This document shows, piece by piece, positions 1-9,191 of a DNA stretch of 64,000 nucleotides (position 1 is the stretch's first letter; each line of letters opens with the position of its first letter). This DNA is from Ignavibacteriota bacterium (GTDB lineage: Bacteria; Bacteroidota; Ignavibacteria; UBA10030). The stretch covers positions 992,001 to 1,056,000 of the forward strand of contig OY969585.1 of NCBI GenBank assembly GCA_963701295.1, in the 5' to 3' direction. The notes under the pieces are model-generated. The model worked only from the letters and a program-made list of their open reading frames with translations. It did not search any database and was not told the DNA's origin. A program made the position numbers and the translations under genes.

Positions 1-203
1 GTCGGACGCCCAGCATATGTGCGCAACATTGCTGCAAATTCTTTTTTGAATGTCGCATCTCGTTTTGCTTCGCGGTACAATTCATCAAGCTCGAACAATG
101 CATGCATCAATGTTTCGGGAACAAATCGTCCGCCATAGTCTCCGTAGTAACCGCGCTTATCGGGGTAATTATAATGTTGAAATTGCTTTTTTACTGAACT
201 CAC
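1..203 (-). CDS. trpB: Tryptophan synthase beta chain, 5' part (runs off the window)
   Basis: My translation from GTG at 203 (SD AAGGAG upstream) is VSSVKKQFQHYNYPDKRGYYGDYGGRFVPETLMHALFEL...YAGRP, a typical TrpB N-terminus. It follows trpF and is absent from the ORF track. Confidence 0.93.
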   Translation of the reverse strand, partial: MSSVKKQFQHYNYPDKRGYYGDYGGRFVPETLMHALFELDELYREAKRDATFKKEFAAMLRTYAGRP

Positions 204-207
204 TGTT

Positions 208-834
208 TCATCTCCTTATTTCATTCTGCAGCGACCGGATTGTTTTAAAGAGCTGCTCAAGTTTGTTTTTATCTTTCTTTCCCGGCGCAGACTCAACGCC
301 GCTGTTCACATCTACCGCGTACGGCTGCACTCTTTTAACAGCTTCGGCAATATTCTCAGGTGTTAATCCACCGGCAAGTATGATGCGGCCATATTCTTTC
401 GCCTTGATTGCAATATCCCAGTCAAACGTTTTCCCTGTGCCGCCAAGAATGCCCTCGACATATGTATCCAATAAATACGCCGATCCTTTATATCGCTGAA
501 GTGTTTCCAGATTGAACTCTTTATCTACGCGGAATGATTTGTAGACCGGGATCGGAAATTTTGCCAGCTGCTTCGGTGATTCATTACCGTGAAGCTGCAT
601 GCAGCATATTCCTGTCTCGTCGATCAATTCAAGAATTTCATCGTGCTCTGCATCAGCAACAACACCGACAGGAATAACAAACGGAGGTAATTCCTGAATA
701 ATCTTCCGTGCTGCACTGGGACGAATATGTCTTGGACTGGTTTTGACAAAAATAAATCCCAGAGCGTCAGTGCCAAGTTCTGCTGCAAGGAGTGCATCTT
801 CCATGTTTGTGATGCCGCAAATTTTTACTTTCAT
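208..834 (-). CDS. trpF: Phosphoribosylanthranilate isomerase
   Basis: MKVKICGIT, QLHGNE, GGTGKTFDW, ILAGGL and DVNSGVE motifs; trp operon context. Confidence 0.97.
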   Translation of the reverse strand: MKVKICGITNMEDALLAAELGTDALGFIFVKTSPRHIRPSAARKIIQELPPFVIPVGVVADAEHDEILELIDETGICCMQLHGNESPKQLAKFPIPVYKSFRVDKEFNLETLQRYKGSAYLLDTYVEGILGGTGKTFDWDIAIKAKEYGRIILAGGLTPENIAEAVKRVQPYAVDVNSGVESAPGKKDKNKLEQLFKTIRSLQNEIRR

Positions 835-1625
835 TGTTCGTCTTTTTTCATTGGAGTTAATAATGATTTTAACGCTTTGCCCGGATTAACCGCTCGCATC
901 AAACTTTCACCAACAAGCACTGCGTGAATTCCATGCGCCGCTAAGTGATCAATATCGGTTCGATTTGAAATTCCGCTTTCACTGACAATGATGATACCTT
1001 CTGGAATTTTTGCAGCTACTCGAAGAGTTGTTGTAACATCAATCGTAAAGTCAGACAAATCCCGGTTATTAATTCCAACGATCTTTACTTGTTTCAGATC
1101 GAGTGTTGCCAACTCTCGCTCATTATGTACTTCGACAAGACAATCGAGTCCAAGCTCGTTCGCTTCGTCATGCAAATTGTGTAACTGTTTCGGTTCTAAT
1201 GCAGCAACGATAAGTAATATAGCATCAGCACCAAACGATTTTGCTTCCGTAAGCTGATAAGAATCTATGATAAAATCCTTTCGCAGAATCGGAAGAGAAA
1301 CAGATGCACGGACATCAGAGATAAATCGAATGTTGCCTTGAAAATATTTCTTATCCGTCAACATGGAAATTGCACTGGCACAGTTTTCCGAATACTCTTG
1401 GGCAAGAGCATAAGGATCAAAATCCTTTCGGATAACACCTTTTGAGGGCGATGCTTTTTTTATCTCTGCAATGATACTCACTTCTTCACGATGCAATGCT
1501 TTCATCAAAGAAAAACAACGTCGCTGAAAACCGGGCATCTCTCTGAGCTGTTCAAGAGGCGTTGTTTTCTTTGAGACGGCAACTTCTTGCCGTGTGTTCT
1601 CAAGAATATTTTTTAATATGCTCAT
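831..1625 (-). CDS. trpC: Indole-3-glycerol phosphate synthase
   Basis: IIAEIKKASPSKG, LRKDFIID, GINNRDL and VSESGI motifs. ATG at 1625, alternative TTG at 1631. Confidence 0.97.
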   Translation of the reverse strand: MSILKNILENTRQEVAVSKKTTPLEQLREMPGFQRRCFSLMKALHREEVSIIAEIKKASPSKGVIRKDFDPYALAQEYSENCASAISMLTDKKYFQGNIRFISDVRASVSLPILRKDFIIDSYQLTEAKSFGADAILLIVAALEPKQLHNLHDEANELGLDCLVEVHNERELATLDLKQVKIVGINNRDLSDFTIDVTTTLRVAAKIPEGIIIVSESGISNRTDIDHLAAHGIHAVLVGESLMRAVNPGKALKSLLTPMKKDEQ

Positions 1626-1627
1626 AC

Positions 1628-2635
1628 TCAATTTGTGTTTTGAATCAGTTGCTGCAGTTTCTCTAGTGCTTTTCCGGAATTAATCGATTCTTCGGCTTTC
1701 TGTTTTCCCTCTATAATGGTCTTGGTTTTACCTCCAATATAGATACCTAGTGCTGCATTTGCTATCACAACATCTCGAGCCGGACATTTTTTTCCTTGAA
1801 GAACTTCCAGTGTAATCACTGCATTATTGTTTTTGTCACCGCCATGGAGACTTTCGAGCGAGTGTAATGGAAATCCAAAATCTTTCGGTTGCAAACGATA
1901 CTCTTTCAACGGTTCGTTCCCATTCACCTCGTGAACGATCGTTCCGCCTGAGAGCGTTACTTCATCCAAACCGTCATCGCTGTGAACAACACATGCCTTT
2001 TCAGCTCCAAGTTTTTGCAGAGCGCCGGCGAGAAGCGGAGCGACTTGAGCGTTATAAACTCCCACGAGCTGACGTTTTACGCCTGCCGGATTTGTCAGAG
2101 GACCAACCATATTAAAAATACTGCGCACGCCTAATTCCATGCGCGGCTTTGCCGCATGCTTCATCGCAGGATGAAATAATGGTGCGAATAAAAATCCTAT
2201 GCCGATACGATTGATGCAGATTTGCACGATCTCTGATGAGCATTGAATATTGACACCAAGTGCTGTGAGTACATCGGCACTTCCGCTTTGACTGGAAACG
2301 GAACGATTGCCATGCTTTGCAACCGTCACGCCAGCTCCTGCCACAACAAACGATGCGACCGTAGAAATGTTAAACGTACCTGAACAGTCGCCGCCTGTAC
2401 CGCACATATCAATCGCATTCGGATCTTCGATGTGAAGCTTTATTCCATGCTCGCGCATCGTGCGGGCGAACCCGACAAGCTCATCTACCGTTTCCCCTTT
2501 TGCACGCAGAGCAATCAATATTCCGGCAATTTGCGCATCGGTTGCTTGACCAGTCATGATCGTGCTGAGAGCGGTCGATGCTTCTTCGATGGTAAGATGT
2601 TCTCCCGCCAAACATTTTTCTATGTGAGTTTTCAT
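1628..2635 (-). CDS. trpD: Anthranilate phosphoribosyltransferase
   Basis: DMCGTGGD, FNIST, KHGNRSVSSQSGSADVL and GPLTNP motifs. Confidence 0.97.
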   Translation of the reverse strand: MKTHIEKCLAGEHLTIEEASTALSTIMTGQATDAQIAGILIALRAKGETVDELVGFARTMREHGIKLHIEDPNAIDMCGTGGDCSGTFNISTVASFVVAGAGVTVAKHGNRSVSSQSGSADVLTALGVNIQCSSEIVQICINRIGIGFLFAPLFHPAMKHAAKPRMELGVRSIFNMVGPLTNPAGVKRQLVGVYNAQVAPLLAGALQKLGAEKACVVHSDDGLDEVTLSGGTIVHEVNGNEPLKEYRLQPKDFGFPLHSLESLHGGDKNNNAVITLEVLQGKKCPARDVVIANAALGIYIGGKTKTIIEGKQKAEESINSGKALEKLQQLIQNTN

Positions 2636-3207
2636 TGGATGTTATAAACCTCCAGCCAGTTGTGAAGAATGTGTTGACCCTCCGGTGTAAGGATAGATTC
2701 GGGATGAAATTGAATTCCCTCGATCGGATACTTCCGATGCGTCACGCCCATGATAATACCGTCGCTTGTGTAGGAAGAAATTTTGAGTTCATCGGGAAAA
2801 TGTTCCTGCGAAACGACGAGTGAATGGTATCGCCCTGCGGTCAATGGACTCGGTACCGAACGCAGAATAGTTTCACCGAAGTGCGTTACTTCCGACGTGC
2901 GTCCATGCATCAACGTTGGCGCATGAATAATCTTCGCACCAAACGCGTAACCAATCGATTGATGACCGAGACAAACACCGAGGATGGGAATCGTTGCGCC
3001 AAGTTTCTGAATAACTTCCACCGTTACGCCGGCATCTTCCGGCATGCCGGGACCCGGTGAAAGAATAATTCCATGCGGCGAGAGAGCGCCGATTTCATCG
3101 ACCGACATATCCTGGTTTCTGATCACGCGGATATCTGGCGACATCTTACCGACCATCTGCACAAGGTTGTATGTAAATGAATCGTAGTTGTCGATGACAA
3201 GTATCAT
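2632..3207 (-). CDS. trpG: Anthranilate synthase component II (glutamine amidotransferase)
   Basis: IDNYDSFTYNL, SPGPG, LGVCLGHQ and QFHPES motifs. Confidence 0.96.
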   Translation of the reverse strand: MILVIDNYDSFTYNLVQMVGKMSPDIRVIRNQDMSVDEIGALSPHGIILSPGPGMPEDAGVTVEVIQKLGATIPILGVCLGHQSIGYAFGAKIIHAPTLMHGRTSEVTHFGETILRSVPSPLTAGRYHSLVVSQEHFPDELKISSYTSDGIIMGVTHRKYPIEGIQFHPESILTPEGQHILHNWLEVYNIQ

Positions 3208-4709
3208 TTTTGATCTCCCCCATGTCCGTTCCCGTTATGAACTTTCATCAATCCGTTCGACGCAGCGTTCAGAGCATCGAGTAGAGCTTGAGCTTTGTTC
3301 ACCGTTTCTTTGTACTCCAGTTCCGGAACTGAATCCGCAACGATCCCTGCACCTGCCTGAATGGTGAGCATTCCGTTTGCTGCAACAATGGTGCGGATGG
3401 CGATGCATGTATCTAATGCGCCATCGAAACCGAGATACCCGACAGCGCCTGCGTAAATTCCGCGACGCACAGGTTCCAATTCGTGGATAATTTCCATTGC
3501 ACGCACTTTCGGAGCGCCGGAAACAGTTCCGGCAGGAAAACATGCCCTCAGTGCGTCTAAACTGGATGCATTCTCTCTGAGTTTTCCCTGAACTTCAGAG
3601 ATTATATGCATCACATGCGAAAACCGCTTCAAGCGTTTGAACACCGAAACCTGGACACTCCCGAATTCGCTCACGCGTCCGATATCATTGCGACCTAAAT
3701 CAACCAGCATTACATGTTCTGCCAATTCCTTTTGATCGGATAGAAGTTCTTCTCCCAATCGCGTATCGTCTTCCGGAGTTTTGCCGCGTCTGCGCGTGCC
3801 TGCAATCGGCATCACTGATGCAATGTCGTTTTGCACACGAACTAGTACTTCCGGTGAAGAGCCAATGAGTTTTACCGATTTGAAATCGAGATAAAAGAGA
3901 TAAGGAGATGGATTGATAATGCGAAGGGCGCGATACACAGGGAAGGGATCACCTGAAAACGGCAGCTGTACGCGGCGGGAAAGAACGACTTGAAAAATAT
4001 CACCTTCGCGGATATATTCTTTTGCCCGCCGGACCGATGAACAAAATGCCTCGCGGTCCGAGCCATGCTCCACAGAAGAAGAATCGCAATGGAATGTGTT
4101 CTCTGTTGAGGGCGATTTTCCAAGCTGAATGAAAACGGACTCGAGTTTTCGTTTCCCCTCATGATATTGCTCACTGAGGGATTGCTGCTTATCAAGAATG
4201 CAATTGTAGGTGATAGTTATCAATTGGTGCAAGTGATCGAATTTCACCACGATATGAAATAATCCGAATATTGCGTCCGGCGCATCCTCTTTAGCCAGCG
4301 GATGAAGGGGGACTTTTTCTATTTCCTGCACCCGGTCGTAGCCGTAGTATCCAAGAAATCCTCCTGCAAATCCCTGCTGCTTCCGGATTGCCACGTTCCG
4401 GTACTGGCGCGAGTATTCCTCCAGCACATCGATGACTTTTCCGCACCGCTGTTCTTTCTTTTTTCCGGATTCGATCTCAATTACATCGCCTTTTGCTTTG
4501 ATCAGCAACAGCGGGTCGGTGCCGACAAATGAATAGCGCCCGATTTTTTCATCAGGTTCCACACTCTCTAAAAGAAACGAAGGAGAGAGGTTGGAGCGGA
4601 GGCTCAGGTAGATCGACACGGGAGTGTGTAGATCGGCAAGCATCGTTTCCACAAGCGGGATGACCGTATGTGTGCCTGCGAGCTGCTCAAATTCTTGTTG
4701 TGTTATCAT
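3204..4709 (-). CDS. trpE: Anthranilate synthase component I
   Basis: LLES, GDIFQVVLS, NPSPY, EHVMLVDLGRND and FPAGTVSGAPK motifs; first gene of the trp operon. Confidence 0.97.
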   Translation of the reverse strand: MITQQEFEQLAGTHTVIPLVETMLADLHTPVSIYLSLRSNLSPSFLLESVEPDEKIGRYSFVGTDPLLLIKAKGDVIEIESGKKKEQRCGKVIDVLEEYSRQYRNVAIRKQQGFAGGFLGYYGYDRVQEIEKVPLHPLAKEDAPDAIFGLFHIVVKFDHLHQLITITYNCILDKQQSLSEQYHEGKRKLESVFIQLGKSPSTENTFHCDSSSVEHGSDREAFCSSVRRAKEYIREGDIFQVVLSRRVQLPFSGDPFPVYRALRIINPSPYLFYLDFKSVKLIGSSPEVLVRVQNDIASVMPIAGTRRRGKTPEDDTRLGEELLSDQKELAEHVMLVDLGRNDIGRVSEFGSVQVSVFKRLKRFSHVMHIISEVQGKLRENASSLDALRACFPAGTVSGAPKVRAMEIIHELEPVRRGIYAGAVGYLGFDGALDTCIAIRTIVAANGMLTIQAGAGIVADSVPELEYKETVNKAQALLDALNAASNGLMKVHNGNGHGGDQK

Positions 4710-4723
4710 TGGTGGACGTCCTT

Positions 4724-4763
4724 AAAATAAAAAACCCTTCCAGGGTGTGATCCGGGAAGGGTT
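4724..4763 (-). terminator. trp attenuator (intrinsic terminator) upstream of trpE
   Basis: Minus strand reads AACCCTTCC-cggatcacaccct-GGAAGGGTT followed by TTTTATTTT. It lies between the leader peptide and the trpE start. Confidence 0.88.
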
Positions 4764-4792
4764 AAATGAAAAAAACTTTGTATGCTTAGAGG

Positions 4793-4888
4793 TTAACTAT
4801 CCGTTCTCTTTCCTGTGTGTTTGGATATACTACTGCGCCACCACCAACGGTTGTTCAAAGAGACGATATGTTGAACGGATTGTGACAT
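4793..4888 (-). CDS. trpL: trp operon leader peptide (31 aa, three tandem Trp)
   Basis: My translation is MSQSVQHIVSLNNRWWWRSSISKHTGKRTDS*, with TGG TGG TGG. It sits directly upstream of the terminator hairpin and trpE. Confidence 0.9.
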   Translation of the reverse strand: MSQSVQHIVSLNNRWWWRSSISKHTGKRTDS

Positions 4889-5003
4889 ACTTAATATTAA
4901 TAATATACATGATCCGTGGAAAGAAGTCAAGAGTCTAGATAATTTTTTTGAAATTCTATTATTCAATTTTTATCGTTGTGATGTCGTGCCGCGTATGGCT
5001 CTT

Positions 5004-5804
5004 TTAAATATTCTCTCCTCTTCGTATCGTCCAGAAATCATCCGAAAGGTTCCGGTTGGCTACATAATCGTACGGAATTGTGAAATATCCTTTTTGCCCC
5101 CAACCGATTCCCCATGAGTTGCGGACGATGAATCGCCGTTGTACTTCGTCATAGCCTACGGCGAGTACTGCATGTCCGCCGATAGAGCGTTCGTTCGGCT
5201 GCGGCATCTGCACAAGGCCGGTCTTCGCGACTTCCTGTGACTCGAAACTTTCGTACACCGTAAAACCGAAGACAAACGGAAATCCTTCAGCAAGACATCT
5301 CCGCATCTCGTCAAGGGTAAGAATGCGATGGTACGAAGTAATTTGGTGGTTTAGCGCTTCTTTGTAACAAATGGGACCCGGTTTCACGGCAAACTTTGAA
5401 ATGATATAGGGCCATTTTTTTTCTGAGCAGACTCCTTGATGCCTCAACGTTTTGATTCCGTCGCGAATCATTGCCCCTGAATCCGATTTGACGGAACCTT
5501 CGAGAGTGCGTTCATTGTAATAAATGAACAGCCGGCTCACATCCACAAAGGGGACGCGATCCTTTTGCTCAAGAAATTCCAATGCTCCGGCAAGAGCATT
5601 GCCGGTACAGCTTCCGAGATTTCCCTGGTTCTCCACAGGTGAGCACATGGAACGCAAATCCACATGCTGTGGAATTTCCAGCGTTACAGGGCGTACTGCA
5701 CCGTAGAGAAGATCACGGTGATCAGGTAAATCCGGTATCCAGCCGTAGCGGAGCTTTTGTGAAGAACCGGTTCTAATGCGAGAAACAGTTTTACGCTTTG
5801 CCAT
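5004..5804 (-). CDS. Papain-family (C1) cysteine peptidase, xylellain-like
   Basis: QGNLGSCTGNA (catalytic Gln/Cys), GGHAV (His) and RNSWG (Asn); YGWIPDLPDHRD N-terminus. Confidence 0.93.
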   Translation of the reverse strand: MAKRKTVSRIRTGSSQKLRYGWIPDLPDHRDLLYGAVRPVTLEIPQHVDLRSMCSPVENQGNLGSCTGNALAGALEFLEQKDRVPFVDVSRLFIYYNERTLEGSVKSDSGAMIRDGIKTLRHQGVCSEKKWPYIISKFAVKPGPICYKEALNHQITSYHRILTLDEMRRCLAEGFPFVFGFTVYESFESQEVAKTGLVQMPQPNERSIGGHAVLAVGYDEVQRRFIVRNSWGIGWGQKGYFTIPYDYVANRNLSDDFWTIRRGENI

Positions 5805-5986
5805 AGGATCCTCCTTGTTAAAATGTTGTGTGAAAGGCGCAGAATTATTTAGCTGATATTACGCAAAATAGAATTTTTCTGATAACCGCTTTATTGTCTT
5901 TGGGGTCGGCGCCTGAAGAAAAGATACTCAAAATTATATTAAAATATAATGGTATCAATAATGAAAAACGAGGTCGGCAGCCATTA

Positions 5987-7054
5987 CTACTCTTTCTTAA
6001 ACAGGAATATATATTCGTGCTTAAAAATATAGAAGCCGCCAACTAATGCACGATATCGCCAGAGTTCTTTCTGATTTCTTTTTCCTTTTGTCTCATCGAA
6101 ATTCTTAATGATAATGGACTTGAGAGAATATCCGCGCTTGAGAACTTCTTGCATCGTATAGAAGCCAAGAGGTATCCAATTTTCATCGGAATATTTGTCG
6201 CCAATAACTACTGCGAAGTAACGGCCTTTGTCCAAAACCGGATATGTTGCGTCGACAACTTTTCCAAAAAGATTTAAGAATTCATCCAATGTTTTTGTGT
6301 TTGATAAATCTTTTTTGTCTTCGCTAAATTTGATAATATCCCAGTACGGCGGGTGCATGATCAGAAATTGGACACTTTTAATGTTCCGCTGCTTTAATTC
6401 CGATTTAAAATCTAAGCTTGAACTATCGCCGACTATTATTTCCGTTCGAGCGGAGAACAAATCATCTTCCTGTTCTATTGCCTGTGCAGCAGAGTGCGCA
6501 ACTTTCCGCAAAAGTTCTACTCCAACACCATTTCTTCCCAAGCGTTTGCTTTCTATCAATGTTGTTCCACTGCCGAGAAATGCATCGAGGACCCACTCAT
6601 CCTTTTTCGTATAACGCCTTAACAATTGATGAGGAATCTGGGGAATAAAGTTACCCCAATAACCGCTCCTGTGTGCCCCGGAGGTATCACGTTTATCCAA
6701 AACCCAAAGACTGTCGGTAAGAATATCGTCGTATTCTTTCCATCGATGTAAATTCAGGTCATTGATCTTGCTTGTCTTTGACTCGGAGAGCGCGCGAACC
6801 AATCGCTGAATATAATATTTTGTTCGTTCGATTGTTTTGGTGTCAAGTATTTGATCAAGTTCACCGATGAGATACTTTGAGCCGACCTTTATTGTGTTTC
6901 CATTGGAACCGATGCCAATAAATCCCTTTTTATCGCTCGGTAGGTTTGCAGCATTTGTCTTGAAATCCTTGACTGCATCTCGGATTTGATTGAGATTTCG
7001 CTGATCAAGCAATTTCGACAAGGTATTTATAATTTTCGTTTTGCTTAATATCAT
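5987..7054 (-). CDS. Orphan amino-DNA methyltransferase (N4-C/N6-A type)
   Basis: SAM motif DAFLGSGTT precedes the catalytic-like HPPYW; GNFIPQIP motif. ATG at 7054 (track ORF extends to TTG 7123). Confidence 0.8.
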   Translation of the reverse strand: MILSKTKIINTLSKLLDQRNLNQIRDAVKDFKTNAANLPSDKKGFIGIGSNGNTIKVGSKYLIGELDQILDTKTIERTKYYIQRLVRALSESKTSKINDLNLHRWKEYDDILTDSLWVLDKRDTSGAHRSGYWGNFIPQIPHQLLRRYTKKDEWVLDAFLGSGTTLIESKRLGRNGVGVELLRKVAHSAAQAIEQEDDLFSARTEIIVGDSSSLDFKSELKQRNIKSVQFLIMHPPYWDIIKFSEDKKDLSNTKTLDEFLNLFGKVVDATYPVLDKGRYFAVVIGDKYSDENWIPLGFYTMQEVLKRGYSLKSIIIKNFDETKGKRNQKELWRYRALVGGFYIFKHEYIFLFKKE

Positions 7055-7355
7055 TTCATCTTTGTGTTTATGTAATCGCAACGATTGCTTTCCAAAGATA
7101 ATGCACATCCTCTCTGTTTGCAAGAGTGTGTTTAATATTTCTTGATATAATGGATCATTTGATAGGTCGCTTTACCTAAGATGTATCGGACTGGTTAGAT
7201 AGTAAGGGGAAACAGCAAGTGAATACAATAGATATGTAACCACTGTAACACGCCCTAGTCATCCCATCTTTGTCTTTCTGCGAAACTGTCGTACATTGAT
7301 AATAATAAAACAGAGTATAAGAAGAATATCAGATAGAAAAAATGATTTTTCATAT

Positions 7356-8426
7356 ATGAATTTAGACTTACTCGGTTGGAATAATTTCTTTGAAGCACGA
7401 TTCACTCCGTACTCGGGGAAAGGGCTACTGCCTGGCCGTGTATCTATCCAACACAAAGACCGCTATGTATTATTCACAGAACAAGGAGAGGTCAATGGAA
7501 AAGTAAGCGGTAAGTTTCGATTCGAAGTAAAAGGTCTTCATAATTTTCCTGCCGTCGGTGATTGGGTTGTCTATGAAATAGATTCAGGCGACCAATCTGC
7601 TGTAATTCATCATGTGCTGGAACGCAGGAGCAAATTTTCCCGTAAAGTTGCCGGCGATCGTCCCGACGAACAAGTTCTTGCTGCCAATATTGATATCGTA
7701 TTTCTAGTTATGGGTTTGGATGGCGATTATAATCTGCGACGGTTGGAGCGATACTTAACGGTTGTGGATGAAAGCGAAGCGCGATCCGTAATTGTTCTCA
7801 ATAAATCAGATCTTTGTCCATTTCTTGAAGATTGCACGCAGGAAGTTTTTTCCATTGCACACGATGTCAATGTTGTTGTGATGAGTGCACTGCGGGCTGA
7901 AGATGTTGCTCCCATTCACTCGCTTCTCGCACCGGGAATAACAGGTGTATTGCTTGGCTCATCAGGTGTCGGTAAGTCTACCATCACAAATCAATTACTC
8001 GGCAAGAATCATTCACAAGTGCAAAGTGTTCGTGAGATCGACAGCCATGGACGCCATACGACACCTTATCGTGAATTGTTGGTTCTTCCCAATGGCGGCA
8101 TTATCATCGACACACCGGGTTTACGTGAAATTCAACTTTGGAGCGGCGAAGAAGATGTGCAAGATAGTTTCGATGACATTGAAGAATTAGCAGTACATTG
8201 CCGTTTCCGTGATTGCAACCATGAAGCTGAACCAAACTGTGCAGTGAAACATGCCCTCGAAGACGGCTCACTGGATCCGGGTCGTTATGAAAGTTTCCAA
8301 AAGCTGCGGCGCGAAAGTTACTTGCAATCAACAAAGTATGATAAAAATTTACAGCAGCAAAAAAAAGACCGGGAGAAAAAGAGTGTAAAGCAAATAAACG
8401 ATAAATTTCGCAACCGGAATCAATAA
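7356..8426 (+). CDS. rsgA: Ribosome small subunit-dependent GTPase A
   Basis: PAVGDWV, NKSDL, GSSGVGKST, GRHTT, DTPGLRE and zinc motif CRFRDCNHEAEPNC. Probable start ATG 7356. Confidence 0.95.
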   Translation: MNLDLLGWNNFFEARFTPYSGKGLLPGRVSIQHKDRYVLFTEQGEVNGKVSGKFRFEVKGLHNFPAVGDWVVYEIDSGDQSAVIHHVLERRSKFSRKVAGDRPDEQVLAANIDIVFLVMGLDGDYNLRRLERYLTVVDESEARSVIVLNKSDLCPFLEDCTQEVFSIAHDVNVVVMSALRAEDVAPIHSLLAPGITGVLLGSSGVGKSTITNQLLGKNHSQVQSVREIDSHGRHTTPYRELLVLPNGGIIIDTPGLREIQLWSGEEDVQDSFDDIEELAVHCRFRDCNHEAEPNCAVKHALEDGSLDPGRYESFQKLRRESYLQSTKYDKNLQQQKKDREKKSVKQINDKFRNRNQ

Positions 8427-8433
8427 TAGAACC

Positions 8434-9105
8434 ATGACCGAAACTAAATCGACGCTACTACTTGGAGCAAGCGGTCTTGTTGGTGGACATTGCCTGCGAT
8501 TTCTTCTGGAGGAATCTTCTTACATGCGTGTTGTTGTACTCGTGCGTAGGCCTTTATCGATAACGCATCATAAATTGGTCCAGCATGTTGTTAACTTCAG
8601 CGAATTGGAGACTCTGGGTGAATGCCTCAGTGCTGATGATGTATATTGCTGTTTGGGAACAACAATCAAGAATGCAGGAACACAGGAAGCATTCCGAAAG
8701 GTAGACTTCGATGATACAGTCAGGATTGCCGCACTTGTCCAGCACTGCGGCGTAAATCAGTTTTTAATTGTTACCTCACTGGGGGCTGATCCGCATTCGC
8801 GCCTTTTCTACAATCGTGTAAAAGGAGAAGTGGAAGAAGCAATCCGGAAAATTTCTTTCACAACGATTAATATATTTCGCCCTTCGCTTCTTCTGGGAGA
8901 ACGTACAGAGCATAGAACAGGAGAAAAAGCAGGTGCATTTATTATGTCTGGATTGAAATATGTATTAACAGGGCCGTTAAGAAAATACCGCGCAATTCAA
9001 GCACGTGACGTTGCAAAAGCGATGGTGCAAGTTGCTCAGAAGAATCTGAAGGGCGTGAATATTTTTGAATCAAGGCAGATTCAAGAAATTGCAGATTCGC
9101 TTTGA
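8434..9105 (+). CDS. NAD(P)H-binding oxidoreductase (TIP30/YraR-like atypical SDR)
   Basis: GASGLVG, CCLGTT, YNRVKGEVE and RPSLLLG motifs. Confidence 0.85.
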   Translation: MTETKSTLLLGASGLVGGHCLRFLLEESSYMRVVVLVRRPLSITHHKLVQHVVNFSELETLGECLSADDVYCCLGTTIKNAGTQEAFRKVDFDDTVRIAALVQHCGVNQFLIVTSLGADPHSRLFYNRVKGEVEEAIRKISFTTINIFRPSLLLGERTEHRTGEKAGAFIMSGLKYVLTGPLRKYRAIQARDVAKAMVQVAQKNLKGVNIFESRQIQEIADSL

Positions 9106-9191
9106 TAAAATTTTGATTCATCGGTACAAAATATTATCCCGCTCATCGCTGAATCAAAACGTGATAATAAGAGAACATCCAATATTCTTCT

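Noticed and set aside
50-499. Antisense and overlapping track ORFs throughout the window (e.g. 50-499, 43464-43991, 44756-45385)
   Set aside because: They overlap genes with clear family motifs and have no recognisable features themselves.
4710-5003. T-box riboswitch upstream of trpE
   Set aside because: No T-box consensus seen; the WWW leader peptide and terminator explain the region.
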